Source of the DNA: Clostridia bacterium
Lineage (GTDB): Bacteria > Bacillota > Clostridia > RUG12999
Length of the DNA stretch: 64,000 bases
NCBI GenBank assembly: GCA_017396395.1
Contig: JAFQMF010000014.1
Span: forward strand, 71,421-135,420
Direction of reading: 5' to 3'
This document shows positions 62,329 through 64,000 of this stretch, one piece after another; positions within the stretch are counted from its first letter, which is position 1; every line of letters begins with the position of its first letter. The notes under the pieces were generated by a model. The model was not told where the DNA came from, did no database searches, and saw nothing but the letters and a program-made list of their open reading frames with translations. The translations under genes and the position numbers were made by a program.

Positions 62329-64000
62329 ATGAAAGTTTCAATGGAATGGATAAACGAACTGGTAGATATCTCAGGTGTTTCTCCAAAAGAATATGCAGAT
62401 AAAATGACAATGTCCGGCTCTAAGGTTGAGGGCATTGAAGATACAGGTGCGGAAATTTCCAATGTTGTAGTTGGTAAAATTCTGAAAATTGAAAAACATC
62501 CTGATGCAGATAAGCTTGTAGTATGTCAGCTTGATGTTGGGGGAGAGGAAAATTTACAAATTGTAACCCACGCACCAAATGTTTTTGAAGGACAGCTTGT
62601 TCCTGTTGCTCTTCATAAGTCTAAACTTCCCGGCGGAGTGGAAATTACAAAAGGTAAGCTTAGAGGGGTACTTTCTCAAGGTATGATGTGCTCACATGAT
62701 GAACTGGGCATTGATATAAATGCATATCCGGGTGCCTGTGAGGATGGCATTATGACCATAGAAGAGGGAGTAGCAGTCGGTACAGATATTAAAGAAGTGC
62801 TTGGACTTAATAAACATATCGTTGAGTTTGAAATTACTCCTAATAGACAGGATTGTCTTAGTGTAATCGGTCTTGCAAGGGAAACCGCAGTTACTTTTAA
62901 TAAGCCTTTAAATCTTCCAGAGGTTGAAGTAAAGGGAAGCGGTGATGATGTAAATAAATACATTGCAGTAGAAGTTGAAAATAAAGAGCTTTGTAAAAGA
63001 TATACTGCAAGAGTTGTTAAAAATGTTAAGATTGGTCCGTCTCCCAAATGGCTGGTAGAAAGACTTACAGGCTGCGGACTTCGTTCCATTAACAATATTG
63101 TTGATATTACAAACTATATTTTGCTTGAATACGGTCAGCCTATGCACGCCTTTGATATTTCATACCTTGAAGGAAACAAAATTGTGGTAAGAGATGCTAA
63201 AGAAGGAGAAAAAATTACCACTTTAGATGGAATAGAACGTGAACTTGACCCATCAATGCTTGTTATTGCAGATACAAATAAGCCTGTGGCTATTGCAGGT
63301 ATAATGGGTGGAGAAAATTCAGATATTAAAGATGACACCAAAACTATTGTTTTTGAAACTGCTAACTTTGACGGAAAGAGTATCAGACTTTCTTCTAAAA
63401 AGTTGGGTCTTCGTACTGATGCATCAGGACTTTATGAAAAATTCCTTGACCCATTTATGGTAAAAGAAGCATCAGACAGAGCTTGTCAGCTTGTGGAAAT
63501 GATGGGAGCAGGCGAAGTTGTTGACGGAATTATTGATGTATGCAGTGCAGTAGATGAAAGAAAATGGATTGAATTTAATCCTGAAAAAATAAACAGCTTT
63601 TTAGGTACAGATATTTCTGCAAAAGATATGGAAGATACTTTGAAAAAGCTTGATTTTGAAGTAAAAGACGGAAAATGCCTTGCTCCTACCTATAGACAGG
63701 ATGTTGAGTTTATGGCAGATATTGCAGAAGAAATTGTAAGAATTTACGGTTACGATAAAATAGAGTCCAGCCTTATGAGAGGGGAAACAACTCCCGGAGG
63801 TAAGGATATTTTAAAAACAACTGAAGATAAAGTTAAGAATGTTCTTACAGGACTTGGACTTTTTGAAATTATAACATATTCCTTTGTAAGTCCAAAGACA
63901 CTGGATATTCTTAATGTTTCAAAGGAAAGTAATCTTCGAAATATGACAGTAATTTCCAATCCGCTTGGAGAGGAAAACTCTGTAATGAGAACAACTACCA
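62329..64000 (+). CDS. pheT: Phenylalanine--tRNA ligase beta subunit, 3'-truncated at window edge
   Basis: MKVSMEWINELVDI... Open to the end of the window in this frame. tRNA-binding and B3/4 domains are recognisable. It is absent from the ORF track because no stop falls within the window. Confidence 0.85.
   Translation, partial: MKVSMEWINELVDISGVSPKEYADKMTMSGSKVEGIEDTGAEISNVVVGKILKIEKHPDADKLVVCQLDVGGEENLQIVTHAPNVFEGQLVPVALHKSKLPGGVEITKGKLRGVLSQGMMCSHDELGIDINAYPGACEDGIMTIEEGVAVGTDIKEVLGLNKHIVEFEITPNRQDCLSVIGLARETAVTFNKPLNLPEVEVKGSGDDVNKYIAVEVENKELCKRYTARVVKNVKIGPSPKWLVERLTGCGLRSINNIVDITNYILLEYGQPMHAFDISYLEGNKIVVRDAKEGEKITTLDGIERELDPSMLVIADTNKPVAIAGIMGGENSDIKDDTKTIVFETANFDGKSIRLSSKKLGLRTDASGLYEKFLDPFMVKEASDRACQLVEMMGAGEVVDGIIDVCSAVDERKWIEFNPEKINSFLGTDISAKDMEDTLKKLDFEVKDGKCLAPTYRQDVEFMADIAEEIVRIYGYDKIESSLMRGETTPGGKDILKTTEDKVKNVLTGLGLFEIITYSFVSPKTLDILNVSKESNLRNMTVISNPLGEENSVMRTTT

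Overview
This 64 kb window looks like a low-GC Firmicutes (Clostridia-like) chromosome, mostly core genes. The taxonomic call rests on a spoIID-like gene, a copper-amine-oxidase-like surface 'stalk' domain, a CIRCE-controlled groESL and an ispH-rpsA fusion. Gene order, start to end: 3' end of metK; tRNA-Pro; yihY; a candidate small RNA; mreB/mbl; a minus-strand uppP-ftsK-ygiQ-folD block; rpmG-secE-nusG-rplK-rplA-(L10 leader)-rplJ-rplL. rpoBC does not follow rplL. Instead there is an accessory-looking cluster (DEDDh exonuclease with zinc ribbon, GH78-like glycosidase, 1.1 kDa-scale secreted surface protein, DUF3298-like protein). After that: cmk-plsC-ispH::rpsA; bioY; alsT; a 4-gene sugar ABC transporter; a methyltransferase; tRNA-Gln; a lipoprotein; a DUF896 small protein; rlmH; valS; rmuC; a complete his operon (hisZ::hisG fused, D, C, B, H, A, F, IE, K) preceded by a YerC/TrpR-like gene; a CorC/HlyC-type transporter; DUF1015-cdaA-cdaR; groES-groEL; dapA-asd; spoIID-like; rubrerythrin; an MBL hydrolase; murA; pheS; 5' part of pheT. 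I found no CRISPR array, transposase, integrase or recognisable defense system. The most unusual points are an in-frame TAG at a conserved Glu codon of the otherwise intact valS, the break of rplL-rpoB synteny by a glycan-related cluster, an Ala/Pro/Glu tandem-repeat tail on L10, a hisZ-hisG fusion, and a promoter- and hairpin-bounded structured RNA between yihY and mbl. Several sub-60-aa genes that the ORF track omits were found by manual translation (rpmG, DUF896, two small membrane proteins). All family assignments come from reading motifs in the translations, not from database searches.
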